Below, piece by piece: positions 30,675 to 39,924 of a stretch of 64,000 nt of DNA. How positions within the stretch are numbered: the stretch's first letter is position 1; every line of letters starts with the position of its first letter. The notes beneath the pieces are model-generated. The model had not been told where the DNA came from. It searched no databases and saw nothing but the letters and a program-made list of their open reading frames with translations. The stretch lies in the IMG/VR virus record IMGVR_UViG_3300025000_000053, positions 124,001-188,000 of that record, one strand, 5' to 3'. Position numbers and translations under genes: made by a program.

Positions 30675-32486
30675 TTAGTCATTATTAGTTAATCCGAGTT
30701 CCTCTTTCAATTTTTTCATTTCTTCACTTTCATCAGAATAATTTTCTTCAGTTGATTCTATTTTATCTGTTAAAACGGTTACACCATTACCTAAATCATG
30801 AACAGATAATGATGTGAATTCACATCCTCCATTTGGTTCATCTACAGAGATAGATAAATTTTCATTATCATGATAATTAGGTATTGTGCTATCATGTTCA
30901 ATAGGATTAAAAACACCAATAGATAATGAGTCATTATCACATTGATATGTTGTTTCATCAGTTACTGATACTTCTACATTTCTACCATTGTATGCTTTTT
31001 TTAAATCATTTTTAATAATATCATCTTCTATTGTTATACCGTAATCTTCAACCATCATGTTTCTTATTTCTTTTTGAAACTCCTCTTTATTTTTTTCATT
31101 AGATTGTTCTAAAATATCAATATCAATAGTTACCCTTGAAATTGGTTTTTTAATAGTATAATTAAGAATTTCATTATCATCATGAGGGACAATATTTTTT
31201 ACTGTTTCTTGGAGATTTGTTTTAAGGTTTTTTAACATTTCTAATTGTTCTTCAGTTAGAATAGTATTTTTATCTAGACCATCACTATCTGTAAAAATTA
31301 TATCCTCGGGCACATCAGGACAGTTGTAATATTTCTTGTGATCTAAATATATTATATCCTCTTCATTTAATTTATTTCTTAGTATTTCTAAATAATTATC
31401 TTTAGCTTCAATTGAAATAAAGAATAATTCATCAATTGGTACTCTCAAATATTCTAATAACAATAGTTCCTTTTCTGTAAAATCATCAGCATAATTCTTC
31501 ATATTAAAATCTGGATCTTTTTTCATTTCAACCCAGGATTCTTCTTGTCTTTTGTCAATAACATCTATTGGTGATAATATATTTTCATTTCTTATTATTA
31601 CAGGTTTTCTTATATCACTTTTAACAAGTGGGAGAGAATTTAATGCTTCCAAATACTTATCATTAGCCTCATCAGAATCAAAAGTATTCTCGTTTAAATA
31701 GCTATCTTTTTTCATGTTAATTTCCTCCTTTTGTTTATTAGATATAACTTCTTCCATAGAATCACTTTCTACCTCCATTAGAGGTTTAGTTAATTTATAT
31801 GCCATTTGTTTGGCAATATAATTTTCATTTCTTTCAATTTCCATGGAAATTTTCTTTCTTAAATCAATAAAAGTATATTTCTTATTACATTTAGGACATT
31901 TTAAATCATGAAAATTATTATCATATTCAACAAATTGATTACAAGCGGAACATAATAATTCATCTCCATTTATACGATAAATATATGCAAAATCTAATAT
32001 AACTAAGTCACCATTATCTCTATACCCCCAGTTTAAATAATTCCTAGGTACAGTTCCAACATCTCCTAATAAATATGACTCTGCTAAAATTGATAAAATT
32101 GATTGAAGATTTCCTTTTTGTTCAATAAATTCTTCTTTACTTATAACAGTAATATATTCACATGCTAATATAAGTTCATTAGTTTCATAAACTTTAATTA
32201 CATAAGGTTGTAATTCATCTGACATTGTAAATTCATTCAGATTATCCTGAATACCCCATTTATCTAATGCTATTTTAAAAACATAATTATCAATTAAAAT
32301 AGCAAACCTATTAGTTCCTGGTCCTAATTCAACATAATCTAAACCATGTTTATTTAATACTTCAATCATCATATCAGTCTTCTGATTATTATCAGATATC
32401 TTAACAGATTTACACACATCATATAAATCTATTAATAATTGTTTTTTAAAGTGTTCTAATATTCTACTTTTAATAGTTTTTTTCAT
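30675..32486 (-). CDS. Ser/Thr protein kinase-like protein with zinc ribbon and long acidic tail
   Basis: LGPGTNR, VFKIA, DNLNE, GDVG...NWG, VILDFAY; CSAC...CPKC; D/E-rich C-terminus. Confidence 0.7.
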   Translation of the reverse strand: MKKTIKSRILEHFKKQLLIDLYDVCKSVKISDNNQKTDMMIEVLNKHGLDYVELGPGTNRFAILIDNYVFKIALDKWGIQDNLNEFTMSDELQPYVIKVYETNELILACEYITVISKEEFIEQKGNLQSILSILAESYLLGDVGTVPRNYLNWGYRDNGDLVILDFAYIYRINGDELLCSACNQFVEYDNNFHDLKCPKCNKKYTFIDLRKKISMEIERNENYIAKQMAYKLTKPLMEVESDSMEEVISNKQKEEINMKKDSYLNENTFDSDEANDKYLEALNSLPLVKSDIRKPVIIRNENILSPIDVIDKRQEESWVEMKKDPDFNMKNYADDFTEKELLLLEYLRVPIDELFFISIEAKDNYLEILRNKLNEEDIIYLDHKKYYNCPDVPEDIIFTDSDGLDKNTILTEEQLEMLKNLKTNLQETVKNIVPHDDNEILNYTIKKPISRVTIDIDILEQSNEKNKEEFQKEIRNMMVEDYGITIEDDIIKNDLKKAYNGRNVEVSVTDETTYQCDNDSLSIGVFNPIEHDSTIPNYHDNENLSISVDEPNGGCEFTSLSVHDLGNGVTVLTDKIESTEENYSDESEEMKKLKEELGLTNND

Positions 32487-32524
32487 ATTTTCATCTCCTA
32501 TAAAATAATTTTCAAAGATTCGAT

Positions 32525-33472
32525 CTAATCATTCGAACCTAAATTACCGGATGTGAAATCCAACATATCATTTTGAAAATCTTCAAAACTATTATAGTTG
32601 TTATCAGTTACAACTCTTGTCATAAAATTATCATTTTTTTTATTTTTCTTATTCCTTTTCTTATTATCTTTTTCTTTATCTCGTATTAATTTTGTAGCCC
32701 TTTTACTAACACCTTTTTCTTTCATAAGTTTAATAGAATTCCAACCCATATCATTAAGATTTTGATAAACTCTTAATTCTTCAGCAGTATCTCTAGTAAC
32801 AAATCTTCCGTTATAATGAATAACTTCATCCTGTACAGTAGTGTCTTGTATCTTATCAAAATATTTACCATTCATTACTTCATTAAGTTTAGGAACATAT
32901 TCTTTTTGTTTAGACTCTTTAATTTTCTCTTTACTCTCAAAAAACTCAGCCAATATATCTATACTATGTATTGACTTTAATTTTTTATCTGGAATTGATG
33001 TAATATTCCCATCTTTAATAATTTCTAAAACAACTTTATCAGTTATTTTAGAAGATTTAAATTCTTGTACCTCTTCCTTAATATTTAAAGCTATTAAATT
33101 ATCAATAACTTCTTCATCAGGATAAAGATATTTAGTTTTACTTAAAATAATTTTATTCTTTATTAAAAACTTATTGGTAAAATTATTACGCATTCTTGGT
33201 TTGGCTGGAATAAATTCATCTATCATTTCATTCCTTATTTTAATTTTCAATAGTTCCATATTACCATGTTTTTCTGCTAGTTTATTCATATACTCATCAT
33301 AAACCCTTAAACCTACCATATAATCATTTATATTTTTATAACGCCTTCTAATCTTCTTTGCAGATCTTTCTAATTCTGTAGAAGGCTCCGAAGAACATCT
33401 ATGATAGTTATCTCCAAAGTCATTTACATAAACTTCAAACAAGAATAAATTTTTATTAACTGAAACTTCCAT
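32525..33472 (-). CDS. Hypothetical protein
   Basis: 315 aa; early motif at 33512-33521; RBS GGGGGAG. Confidence 0.65.
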   Translation of the reverse strand: MEVSVNKNLFLFEVYVNDFGDNYHRCSSEPSTELERSAKKIRRRYKNINDYMVGLRVYDEYMNKLAEKHGNMELLKIKIRNEMIDEFIPAKPRMRNNFTNKFLIKNKIILSKTKYLYPDEEVIDNLIALNIKEEVQEFKSSKITDKVVLEIIKDGNITSIPDKKLKSIHSIDILAEFFESKEKIKESKQKEYVPKLNEVMNGKYFDKIQDTTVQDEVIHYNGRFVTRDTAEELRVYQNLNDMGWNSIKLMKEKGVSKRATKLIRDKEKDNKKRNKKNKKNDNFMTRVVTDNNYNSFEDFQNDMLDFTSGNLGSND

Positions 33473-33590
33473 CTATCTCACACTCCCCCAGTATTTCTTA
33501 TTTATATTATAATAATATATATTTGATAATCGGATTATTAAATTAGACATTAGAGTTTAACTATAACTCTAATGTCTATTAAAAATATTG

Positions 33591-34505
33591 TTATATCGTC
33601 GTCATTGGGGCATACTGCTTCTTAAGAGTTAAAATATTATCTATAACTAATTTGACCCATGTATCTAAATTAGGTTTATTTAATAATTTATCATCAATTT
33701 CTAATACAACTAATTTATGTTTTTCTGGTTCACCAGTTTGAATCTTATCTAAAATATCGTTAATATTAGGAACTTTTATTTCATATAATAAACCAAAATG
33801 TTCATTTTCTGTTAATGTTATATACCCATTGTATGTAAAAGTTGGTAACAATGGTATAGGTAAACAAAAATCCTCTTGTATTATTAATTCTTCTTTTATC
33901 TCTCTCATAAGATTTTCTCTTAATATTGTAAATTGATTTTTTAGATAACATGAACGAGTAAAACCAACATGACCTTGAATCATAGTTATTTTATCTTTCA
34001 TTCTCCCATTAAGTGATTCTAAAAGAAGAATATTCTTATTATCAGTTATATAACATGCTACCACTAATTGTTTATAAAGAGGATTATATTCAGCTTCAAA
34101 TCTTGGTAATATAATAAAATCTTCATCATCTAAAAAAGTTTTATCATTCTTAAATAGAGGTTTATTTTCATTCATGAATATACCATTTACAATATTACCA
34201 TCTTCATCATATTTTTTTGATTGAAGTGTCACACCATTATGTTCGTGTACTAAACTAACTAGAGAATTTACTCGTATTATTTCATCATATAATCCATAGT
34301 TTTTATTGTTATTTATAGCTTTTATATTGAATTTACTGGGTAAACAAATTATTCTTTCCCAATATTTATCTTCTGTTTTCAATAATTCTTCTATTCTTAA
34401 TTTTATACTATGAAACCTATCTGATTTTAACGGATAATCGTATAAATGCGTTGTAAGAAATTCAATAGTTTGATTTTCTTTATTAACATTACCTCTTGTC
34501 ATCAT
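33591..34505 (-). CDS. NUDIX hydrolase with an N-terminal extension
   Basis: EYNPLYKQLV, QGHV...ENLMREIKEEL Nudix box. Confidence 0.75.
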   Translation of the reverse strand: MMTRGNVNKENQTIEFLTTHLYDYPLKSDRFHSIKLRIEELLKTEDKYWERIICLPSKFNIKAINNNKNYGLYDEIIRVNSLVSLVHEHNGVTLQSKKYDEDGNIVNGIFMNENKPLFKNDKTFLDDEDFIILPRFEAEYNPLYKQLVVACYITDNKNILLLESLNGRMKDKITMIQGHVGFTRSCYLKNQFTILRENLMREIKEELIIQEDFCLPIPLLPTFTYNGYITLTENEHFGLLYEIKVPNINDILDKIQTGEPEKHKLVVLEIDDKLLNKPNLDTWVKLVIDNILTLKKQYAPMTTI

Positions 34506-34532
34506 TCCTTTATTCCCCCTATTTATATTTAT

Positions 34533-35120
34533 TTATTTATGTGTTCCCTCTTGATTAATTTTATACTTTTCATATGCTTCTTTAATCGCTCTATCACATT
34601 CTTTATTATTTAAATAAGCACCTAAAAAATCTTCATAACTAATATTACATTTATTAAATTTATTAAAATATTTATGTTGCTTATTTGTTTTATATAAAGG
34701 CATATGTGAGTTAATATGAAATATTCTCACTTTTTTTAATTTATTTAATAATTTAAAAGCTTTAATAATACATTCTTGATTAGCAACTCTAGTTATTTTA
34801 GATGTATATAAAACTCCATTAACAGAAGTTTTTAACCAATTATAAATCCATTCTGTTAATGATTTTACACATAATAAAGAATCTGTGTATAATTCAATTG
34901 TATAATCAACAACTTTACTTACAGTTATGTATTCATCTACTAGTTCTAAAGATTTTTGTATAGAATAGATTTCAGCAAAATTATTAGTTTTATCTTCAGT
35001 AATTATTTCATCACTAAGTAATAAATCATCATCTTTAAATATTCTATATGAAGAAACAGCTGTAAATTTTTTATTAACTTTTTTAAATCCACCACCATCT
35101 GTAAAGATTCGTATTCTCAT
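34533..35120 (-). CDS. rnhA: Ribonuclease H (type I)
   Basis: IFTDGG, TNNFAEI, YTDS, WIYNW, HINSH, N..CD. Confidence 0.88.
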   Translation of the reverse strand: MRIRIFTDGGGFKKVNKKFTAVSSYRIFKDDDLLLSDEIITEDKTNNFAEIYSIQKSLELVDEYITVSKVVDYTIELYTDSLLCVKSLTEWIYNWLKTSVNGVLYTSKITRVANQECIIKAFKLLNKLKKVRIFHINSHMPLYKTNKQHKYFNKFNKCNISYEDFLGAYLNNKECDRAIKEAYEKYKINQEGTHK

Positions 35121-35154
35121 ATTTTATACCCCCATGTAGTTTTTTCTATTTTAT

Positions 35155-35220
35155 TTATATTTTTTTAAACAAATATATAATGGATAATGATTGTGGTATA
35201 CCGCCACATACTCTTATCAC
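35155..35220 (-). CDS. Putative 21-aa small ORF (MIRVCGGIPQSLSIIYLFKKI)
   Basis: GGAGG 8 nt upstream of GTG 35220; TAA at 35155-35157; not in the track. Confidence 0.3.
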   Translation of the reverse strand: MIRVCGGIPQSLSIIYLFKKI

Positions 35221-35297
35221 TTTCCCTACCTCCTTTATTTTATATATTTCCTTACTAGAAGAAACGGGCTCTTCTAGTAAGGAAACTATCTTATCTT

Positions 35298-35963
35298 TTA
35301 TGAAGCTTCATCAATAATTTGTGGAAAAGTAAATCCTTTTATTTCAAGATAAATATATTTTTTCTCTAGAATACTCATATCAGGTTCAATAAGTTCTTTA
35401 GATATTTTAAACTTAGCTTCAAGTAATGATAATAAATCCTTAGATATAAATTTTTCATATTCTTCAATAAAAGATACAAAATTACCAAATAAATTTTGTA
35501 ATGGTATAAATAACTTACCATTATGAACTAATTCATGAACTGTAACACATAGTGGTATTAAACCAACTGTATTTCTATAATGAAGTAGTGTAACCTCTTC
35601 GGCTATTAATAATGGATTAATATCTTTTTCTTCATTAATCCATTTATCTAAAATTATTTGTGTTAAATCAAATAAGGTAAATGGTTCGTGATGAATTTCA
35701 ATAGAAACTCTTTTAGTATCCTTGTTATTAATATTATTAAAAAAAGAACATAAGGTCATATCAATTTCATCTCTTAGATATTGTACATATTGTTTATATT
35801 CCATTGAACTTCGAATTATTCTTTCTATAGTTTTTATAAGTTTAATTTTATCTTTCTCATTCATAATAATAACATTACGAGTTGATGTTGGTAATTCATT
35901 TATTTTTACATATTCAATTTTGTTATTATTTTCATAATTATCAACAACTTTAGGCATTCTCAT
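35298..35963 (-). CDS. His-rich protein (HNH/His-Me-like), paralogue of 27073-27723
   Basis: C...EIHHEPFTLFD...VHELVHNG; late promoter at 35991-36002. Confidence 0.5.
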   Translation of the reverse strand: MRMPKVVDNYENNNKIEYVKINELPTSTRNVIIMNEKDKIKLIKTIERIIRSSMEYKQYVQYLRDEIDMTLCSFFNNINNKDTKRVSIEIHHEPFTLFDLTQIILDKWINEEKDINPLLIAEEVTLLHYRNTVGLIPLCVTVHELVHNGKLFIPLQNLFGNFVSFIEEYEKFISKDLLSLLEAKFKISKELIEPDMSILEKKYIYLEIKGFTFPQIIDEAS

Positions 35964-36031
35964 TTTATCACCCTCATTTCATATTTTCTTTATTTAATTG
36001 TTAGAAAATAGTGAGAGAGTGATAAAAAATA

Positions 36032-36538
36032 TTAATAATGTCTTTCAATAAATTCCATTACCATTTTTTCTCTATCTAAATAGGTAAATTCACTTTCTTC
36101 TATCCCATAATCTTCTTCCATTATTATTTCTAGTATTCCTATAAATTTTTTAATAGCCTTTTTAACTTTATCCTTTTCATCATTACCAAAATTAAAAAAC
36201 TTAACAATCTCTTTTAAATCTTTAATTGAACTTTCTAAATCTATTAAAAATTGATGAAATGCCTCAGCAAATGCTTCTTCTTCATATTCAAAAACAGGTA
36301 TGTTATCATCAAAGCATATAAGATCATATGAAGAAAAATCATTTAATTGTTTAATACAAGATTTATGTAGTTTATTTTTTTTAATTTTTTTTACCTTATA
36401 ATGTTTTTTACCTCTTTTTTTTAAAAATAATTCTACCAGTTTTTCATCATTAGTAAAACCTAAAAACATTCCTGATTTTTTATTAAGAATAAAATATACA
36501 TACATGTTATCACTTCTTTTCCACTTTTGTTTTATCAT
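36032..36538 (-). CDS. Hypothetical protein
   Basis: 168 aa ORF (likely ATG start at MYVYF). Confidence 0.6.
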   Translation of the reverse strand: MIKQKWKRSDNMYVYFILNKKSGMFLGFTNDEKLVELFLKKRGKKHYKVKKIKKNKLHKSCIKQLNDFSSYDLICFDDNIPVFEYEEEAFAEAFHQFLIDLESSIKDLKEIVKFFNFGNDEKDKVKKAIKKFIGILEIIMEEDYGIEESEFTYLDREKMVMEFIERHY

Positions 36539-36746
36539 TTAAAACTTTCTTAACTTTTAAATATTTACTTATTTCTTTAATAGATTTACTTTTCTTCATA
36601 CCTTTAATATGTTTACTAATTATGTCATTAAGTTCTTTATCTTGAAATTCTTCATTAAAAAATTTAGTAAAATATTTAAATCTTTCATATACATCTTCAA
36701 CTTTATCAACAAATTCATCTATAATAATACTTTTATTATCAATCAT
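36510..36746 (-). CDS. Hypothetical protein
   Basis: 78 aa ORF with RBS. Confidence 0.55.
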   Translation of the reverse strand: MIDNKSIIIDEFVDKVEDVYERFKYFTKFFNEEFQDKELNDIISKHIKGMKKSKSIKEISKYLKVKKVLNDKTKVEKK

Positions 36747-36821
36747 AGGTCCTCATCTCCCATACTAAATATAATGAAGGTGTAAAGTATTTTTACTTTA
36801 CACCTTCATTATTTATAATTT

Positions 36822-37787
36822 TCAACTATTTAAATACTCTTGTAATATACCAATTATACTGGTAAAAACTTTATCATTTTTTATTGTAAATCCAGCAGCT
36901 TTAGCATGTCCTCCACCACCGAAATATTTCTCAGCCCATTTACCTAAATGGACATCATTTTTATTACTCCTTAAATCAACCTTACCCGATGTTAAATCAA
37001 TCATTAGTGCAACATCAATTTCAGGATATTTTTCACATATTTTATTACCTAGAATACTAATAAAACCTGTAAATGAATCAATAAATACAATACCGGCCAC
37101 ATACCCTTGGATTTCAATTATATGAACTTTTTCCAATTTCTTTTTAATAAATATATCTTCTTTATCTCTCATTCTATTCACTAATATTCTTAACTCAATA
37201 TTAATTAAATCTTCTCCATTTTTAATATTAGTTTTTATATTATTTTTAAAAAGTTCTAATCCCATTAAACTGCACGCTATACTTAAATCATATGCTTCAA
37301 AATTTTTATTCTTATACCATCTATAAGTATCATATTCAGTTACAAGTTCTACAAATTTATACAATTTCCAATAGATCCTACTAAATAATGTTTTATCATT
37401 CATACTCTTATTATAGTATTCAGTTATTAATTCGGTTCCTGATGTTAATCTACCAACCCTTTCACTTATTACTTCAGCCCAGGAATAACGATTTAAAAAC
37501 TTATTCGTATCATGATGATCTCTTAAAACTACTTCAAAATCAGGTCTATTACTTATATATGAATCTATAAGTTTGGCTGTTTCTAATGGAACACCCATAT
37601 CAGTGATAATTAATTTATCAAATTTATCAGCATGATTATTTAAAAAATCCTGAACTATTGTTCCTATTTTGAGTCTATCTACAAATCTAGTATACACTTT
37701 ATTACCTAAAGCTTCTTCAAATATTTCAATAACTACACCACAACCAGCACCATCTAGATCCCTATCAGTAAACGATTGAACATTCAT
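36822..37787 (-). CDS. DHH/DHHA1 phosphoesterase (NrnB-like)
   Basis: DRDLDG, ITD, RDHH, GGGGHAKAAG; early motif at 37829-37838. Confidence 0.88.
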   Translation of the reverse strand: MNVQSFTDRDLDGAGCGVVIEIFEEALGNKVYTRFVDRLKIGTIVQDFLNNHADKFDKLIITDMGVPLETAKLIDSYISNRPDFEVVLRDHHDTNKFLNRYSWAEVISERVGRLTSGTELITEYYNKSMNDKTLFSRIYWKLYKFVELVTEYDTYRWYKNKNFEAYDLSIACSLMGLELFKNNIKTNIKNGEDLINIELRILVNRMRDKEDIFIKKKLEKVHIIEIQGYVAGIVFIDSFTGFISILGNKICEKYPEIDVALMIDLTSGKVDLRSNKNDVHLGKWAEKYFGGGGHAKAAGFTIKNDKVFTSIIGILQEYLNS

Positions 37788-37845
37788 TATTCAACATCTC
37801 CCTATAATTTATTTTTATCTTTATTTAAATAATATATAAATAAAA

Positions 37846-37877
37846 AATATAATGAGTTACATGTAACTCATTATATT
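37846..37877 (-). terminator. Terminator
   Basis: Perfect 32-bp palindrome AATATAATGAGTTACATGTAACTCATTATATT. Confidence 0.65.
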
Positions 37878-37892
37878 TTCATATCATTAATC

Positions 37893-38510
37893 TTATCCAG
37901 TAATTGAACTTTGTATAGAATTTAAAGAACCAGTAATTATTGATAATGATTCTTTAATCATATTATTTGCTGAATTTATTGTTTCAGTTAGAGGTATTTG
38001 ATTTGAATTATCAATTGTTTGTTCTGAGCCATTTAGTGTATCACCATATAATGGTCGTAAAGTTACAGCACTTTCTTGTAAAGTATACATATTAAGTTTA
38101 TTATCTTGTTTTTCTTTAGCAACATAATTTTCAATATGAAGTTTTATCCATTCTTGAATATCACCATATGTCATAGTTAAATAACTTGTTACTTCTGAGG
38201 ATAATGTATTTAACACTGTCTTAGTTGCTTTTTCTGTAAGAACAGCAATATCAGTTTTTGTCAATTTTCCATCTGATGCAGCTAGCTTCAGATCACCAAC
38301 AGTTGTTTGATTTAAAGCTACAACAACTCTTTGAATTGTACCTAGAGCAGAATCAATATATTTATTAACTTTTTCATCCTTAACTTTTTCTTTTACAATA
38401 TTAATTTTTGTATTAAAAAAAGTAGATGCTTGTGCTCCTAAAACTGTAACAAGAATGGTTGTAATACCTAGAATTAATTGTACAATAGGACTATAATTAC
38501 TTAAATCCAT
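37893..38510 (-). CDS. Holin-like protein (LL-H family-like)
   Basis: N-terminal TM helix IVQLILGITTILVTVLG, then VVALNQT...IENYV pattern; late promoter at 38536-38547. Confidence 0.55.
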   Translation of the reverse strand: MDLSNYSPIVQLILGITTILVTVLGAQASTFFNTKINIVKEKVKDEKVNKYIDSALGTIQRVVVALNQTTVGDLKLAASDGKLTKTDIAVLTEKATKTVLNTLSSEVTSYLTMTYGDIQEWIKLHIENYVAKEKQDNKLNMYTLQESAVTLRPLYGDTLNGSEQTIDNSNQIPLTETINSANNMIKESLSIITGSLNSIQSSITG

Positions 38511-38549
38511 AATTTAAAACCCCCTTTGATTTTTTTAATTAGTTGTTTA

Positions 38550-39884
38550 TTATATATTTTTAAATTTATTTTTCACTTCTTCTGATTTACCACATGTCAG
38601 ATTACCCTCTTTACATTTTCCTTTAACACATGGTGGTTCAGCCTCTTCAAATAATATCTTTGATATTTTCTTTAATTCAATAACTTTTTTAGTTGAATTT
38701 GTTCTTATTTCTGTTTGAGCCGTCATACATAACCTATCCTTTAACATCTCAACATCAGCCCTTGCATTATTACTTATAAAATATTTTATCATATCACAAT
38801 TTAATAATAATGGTAATACTGAAATGTAATTTTTATTTTTAATATATAATTCTAATCTAAATTTTTGTATTTCAGAAATTAAATTCATATATGAATCAAT
38901 AAAAATAGAGTTTTTAATTGATTCAGGAACATAAACTTCCCTATTTTCATTAATAATAATATCAGATAATTCTTCTCTTACTATAGTTGGAATTCTATGT
39001 CTTATTTGTTGATGATAGGATGCTAAACTACATGATAATATGAAAGAACTTCTACTATGTTCAGCTATACCTTTATGACCATAATCAAGAACTCTTTTTA
39101 TAAGTTTCTCTAATTCATCTTGATTGTCTTCATATTTATCAACATATGTTTCCGTTGGTGATTGTTGTGTGCTCGTAAGTGCTGCCAATCCAACATTTTT
39201 ATTATTATATAAATGATTTATATTTAATAATCTACATTCACCAATTTTATTTATACCATTAAATAAATGTAATTTAAGTGATTCAAATAAGCTATTATGT
39301 TTATAATTATCTTGTGTTTTCTTAAAAGTATCTACTGACAGTCCAAAACCAGATAAATATAATTTCTCTATTATTAAATTAATTAATTCATCATTAATAT
39401 AGGGGTATTCCCCTAAATAAAATAACATATCAATCAGTTTATCACCAGTTAATGAAACAGTAATATTTGTTTTAGTCGCTAAAGGTAAGATATATCGTGC
39501 ATCTTCAAATGTGATACCATGTTTAAAATCTTCTACTTTAGGTCTACCAACACAACCTTCTCTCAATTCACTCATTTGTGAATATAAGTTAAAACCTTTT
39601 TCTATTAAGTTATGGGCCTTTTCAGTATCTTCTCTCTCAAATTCTTTTATTTTATTATATGCATCTGAATTCATTTGAACATATCTTTGACTTTGTTGAA
39701 CATAAGAATCTTTACATTCACATATTAAAGTACTCTGAACTCTATTAATACCCTCCAATATAAAAAAAATATTTGTGAATTTTAATAAATCACGTAATTC
39801 ATTCACAGAGGGTTTAAGTTTACTATCCTGTATAAAATGTTTAATATTTAATAAACCACCAACAGATACAACACTAATTTCCAT
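38550..39884 (-). CDS. thyX: FAD-dependent thymidylate synthase, tandem-domain ThyX
   Basis: SYVQQSQRY and EDARYILP in the first half; HQQIRHR, R.C..AQ.EIR in the second. Confidence 0.8.
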   Translation of the reverse strand: MEISVVSVGGLLNIKHFIQDSKLKPSVNELRDLLKFTNIFFILEGINRVQSTLICECKDSYVQQSQRYVQMNSDAYNKIKEFEREDTEKAHNLIEKGFNLYSQMSELREGCVGRPKVEDFKHGITFEDARYILPLATKTNITVSLTGDKLIDMLFYLGEYPYINDELINLIIEKLYLSGFGLSVDTFKKTQDNYKHNSLFESLKLHLFNGINKIGECRLLNINHLYNNKNVGLAALTSTQQSPTETYVDKYEDNQDELEKLIKRVLDYGHKGIAEHSRSSFILSCSLASYHQQIRHRIPTIVREELSDIIINENREVYVPESIKNSIFIDSYMNLISEIQKFRLELYIKNKNYISVLPLLLNCDMIKYFISNNARADVEMLKDRLCMTAQTEIRTNSTKKVIELKKISKILFEEAEPPCVKGKCKEGNLTCGKSEEVKNKFKNI

Positions 39885-39924
39885 TTTCTAATTACCCCTT
39901 TTATTTTTTATTTTAACTAATTAA

